Part shown: positions 62,116 to 64,000 of the stretch, piece by piece | Numbering within the stretch: position 1 is the first letter of the stretch | Layout: the number at the start of each line of letters is the position of its first letter | From: Balanoglossus misakiensis | Taxonomy: Eukaryota; Animalia; Hemichordata | NCBI GenBank assembly: GCA_040954595.2 | Contig: CM082593.2 | Location: 9,309,200-9,373,199, forward strand | Length of the DNA: 64,000 nt | Direction of reading: 5' to 3' | Position numbers and translations under genes: made by a program | The notes under the pieces: generated by a model | The model's input: the letters and a program-made list of their open reading frames with translations, nothing else | Database searches by the model: none | Told to the model about the DNA's origin: nothing

Positions 62116-64000
62116 AGACCTTATTCACGCGTCAGCCATGTTGATACCAAAACGAGGCTCTAAACGCTACGATACGTCATGTAAGGTCAACGACCGTAGC
62201 CAGGGAGCACAATGGCCGCACTTAAAAGAGCAGACGACAATTCGCCGGCTCAGATTTACTCGTCGTGGACGAGTAATCTGGCAAACGTGCCCGACATTTC
62301 TTTTGGCGACGTCAGTGTGATTGTGAAAGCCGTATCAAAAGCTCCTAAGAACAATTTAAGAAAAGGCTACAAGTTCTTCCATGGATCGTACGTACACGAT
62401 ATGAAAAGTAAGTAGACGTCTGATCGTACCTGATTTGTTTACATTTTTTTGTAGAGGCGCAAGTGTCATGTATCATCCCAAAAATATTGTTAATTGTTGT
62501 TTTTTATCCTTTGGGAAAGTTTAAAATCGAAATGCTGCAATTACAATAGTTTTTTTAGCATATTTATATATATTTTTAATAAGTTGTAATCTGATACAAA
62601 CGACGACAACAAAAACAAAGGCGCCGAAAGGGCCGGAAGCCTATTCGTCGGCCGTCCGTTTTTCTTGTGCGGATCGAAGAAACATGACTGCGGAATCTCA
62701 TTTCAATGTGTCCATTGTGATGTAGTGCGTTACTTCTGAAAATTGATATTAATTTCGACGGAAAAATGTTTTAGCCGTGTGCGCGGGCAATAGTTGTAGG
62801 CAAAGGCACGCGATACGATCGCTTCGCGATGGGCTGCAGTAACTGTATGGAGTTCTTCCATACAGTTACTGCAGCCCGATCGCGAAGCGATCGTATCGCT
62901 TGCCTTTGATTGTAGGTAAATATCCTGATGTTTATTTTTTTCAATTTCAGTAAAAATGTTTGAGGAAGGGTGTCATGCCAAGTGTTTGTGTTATCGTTCC
63001 ATGAAAAAGAATGAACCACCTCATAGATTGATGGTAAGTTATTGAAGTACTACTAGTAGTCCATTGCTCGCGGTCGTAGTTGTTCACGTCTATTTCATGC
63101 GTTCTCACGCAAATATTTTATGCAAATATTAATCACGTAGAACCCATTAGACTACGGTCACTCCACACATAACAAAGCAAATCGGGCTTCAGAATCATTT
63201 CCTTGATGATAACACAAGGATTTGCTACTTTGTGTGTGTACAAATGAGTAATGTGTATTTGGATCAAACCATTGAATAAAAAGGGAACAGCTGTGAAACA
63301 TTACCGGTTACCAACTTTTTTTTTCAATTTGATATTACAGATAAGTTTGTTGAATGACAAATCAATCAGGCAACACCAGTGTTCGTGTACAGCAGGCAAA
63401 GGTATGTGCAACCACATATCTGCTATGCTGTACCAGATTGCCCATTACAAGACCATGGGACTAAAATCAATACCAGAAATAGTGTGCAAAACTTCGGCAC
63501 CTCAACAATGGCATATACCACCTAGGACTCATGGCATCAAACCAAGGGATGTATCCAGCGTGAAGTTCATCAAGCCCAAGTCCGAAGGTTCTAATTCATG
63601 TATAAAGAGTACGCTCTATAATCCCGTAAACAGTGACTTTCCTGATTTTAATTTAATGTCTAATTTGCATAAATCTTTATCAGTGTCACACAAATCAGCT
63701 CAAATTTTTCAAGTTCTTCCTGACAGCTTTGACAACTTACAAATGACAGCTACATCATATGGTAATGTAATAACAGGCAGTGTGCTTTCTTACCAATTGC
63801 CAAAACCACAATCTGATGGATCAGTAATTAAACTCCCCCAACTTGTATCTTGTCCAAAATTGCCCCTGAATAATTATCATATCCAGTTCGATTATAATGT
63901 CGTTCTTAGTGCTCCCCAACAGCAGTATTTTCAAGGTATTCAATTATCTTTGGAAGAGTGCCATGAAATTGAAATGCTGACAAGAAAGCAAAGTGAATGC
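62116..64000 (+). mobile_element. ISL2EU (PIF/Harbinger-related)-like DNA transposon interrupting ankyrin exon 22; runs off the window
   Basis: Abrupt junction TTGTTAT|AGACC in mid-exon; encodes a spliced SWIM/YqaJ-type protein. Confidence 0.7.
62212..64000 (+). CDS. Transposon SWIM zinc-finger / YqaJ-like exonuclease protein (exons 62212-62407, 62951-63033, 63341-64000)
   Basis: Phase-compatible GT-AG exons: RKGYKFFHGSYVHD, CYRSMKKNEPPH, CSCTAGKGMCNH (SWIM), KTSAPQQWHIP and IEMLTRKQS (start of the YqaJ region); missed by the ORF track. Confidence 0.8.

Overview
AT-rich, intron-containing metazoan DNA, probably from a marine invertebrate (inferred from the transposon repertoire); most short ORF-track entries are spurious. 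In order, the window holds: a shattered Ty3/Gypsy pol remnant carrying a TA-flanked TIR element with inverted arrays of a palindromic 69-bp repeat; a ~530-bp satellite; an intact young 8.07-kb Gypsy element (642-bp LTRs, tRNA-Ser PBS, RRM/PNMA-type Gag); a disrupted C-type-lectin/mucin/transmembrane gene (minus strand); three copies of a CR1/L2-type LINE, one inside a four-level transposon nest; several MITEs; and a spliced ankyrin gene. The best candidate for a novel system is the ankyrin gene. It has about 25 closely related phase-0 exons (22 in one ~245-bp tandem array), each encoding one ankyrin repeat. The introns are homogenised, amino-acid variation is confined to the predicted binding surface, and exon types are shuffled in a mosaic order. 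A full-length LINE in one of its introns has a 2A-like motif in ORF1 and an ORF1-TAG-ORF2 in-frame junction. An ISL2EU-like DNA transposon interrupts the last visible exon. All coordinates and counts were read by eye and need computational confirmation.
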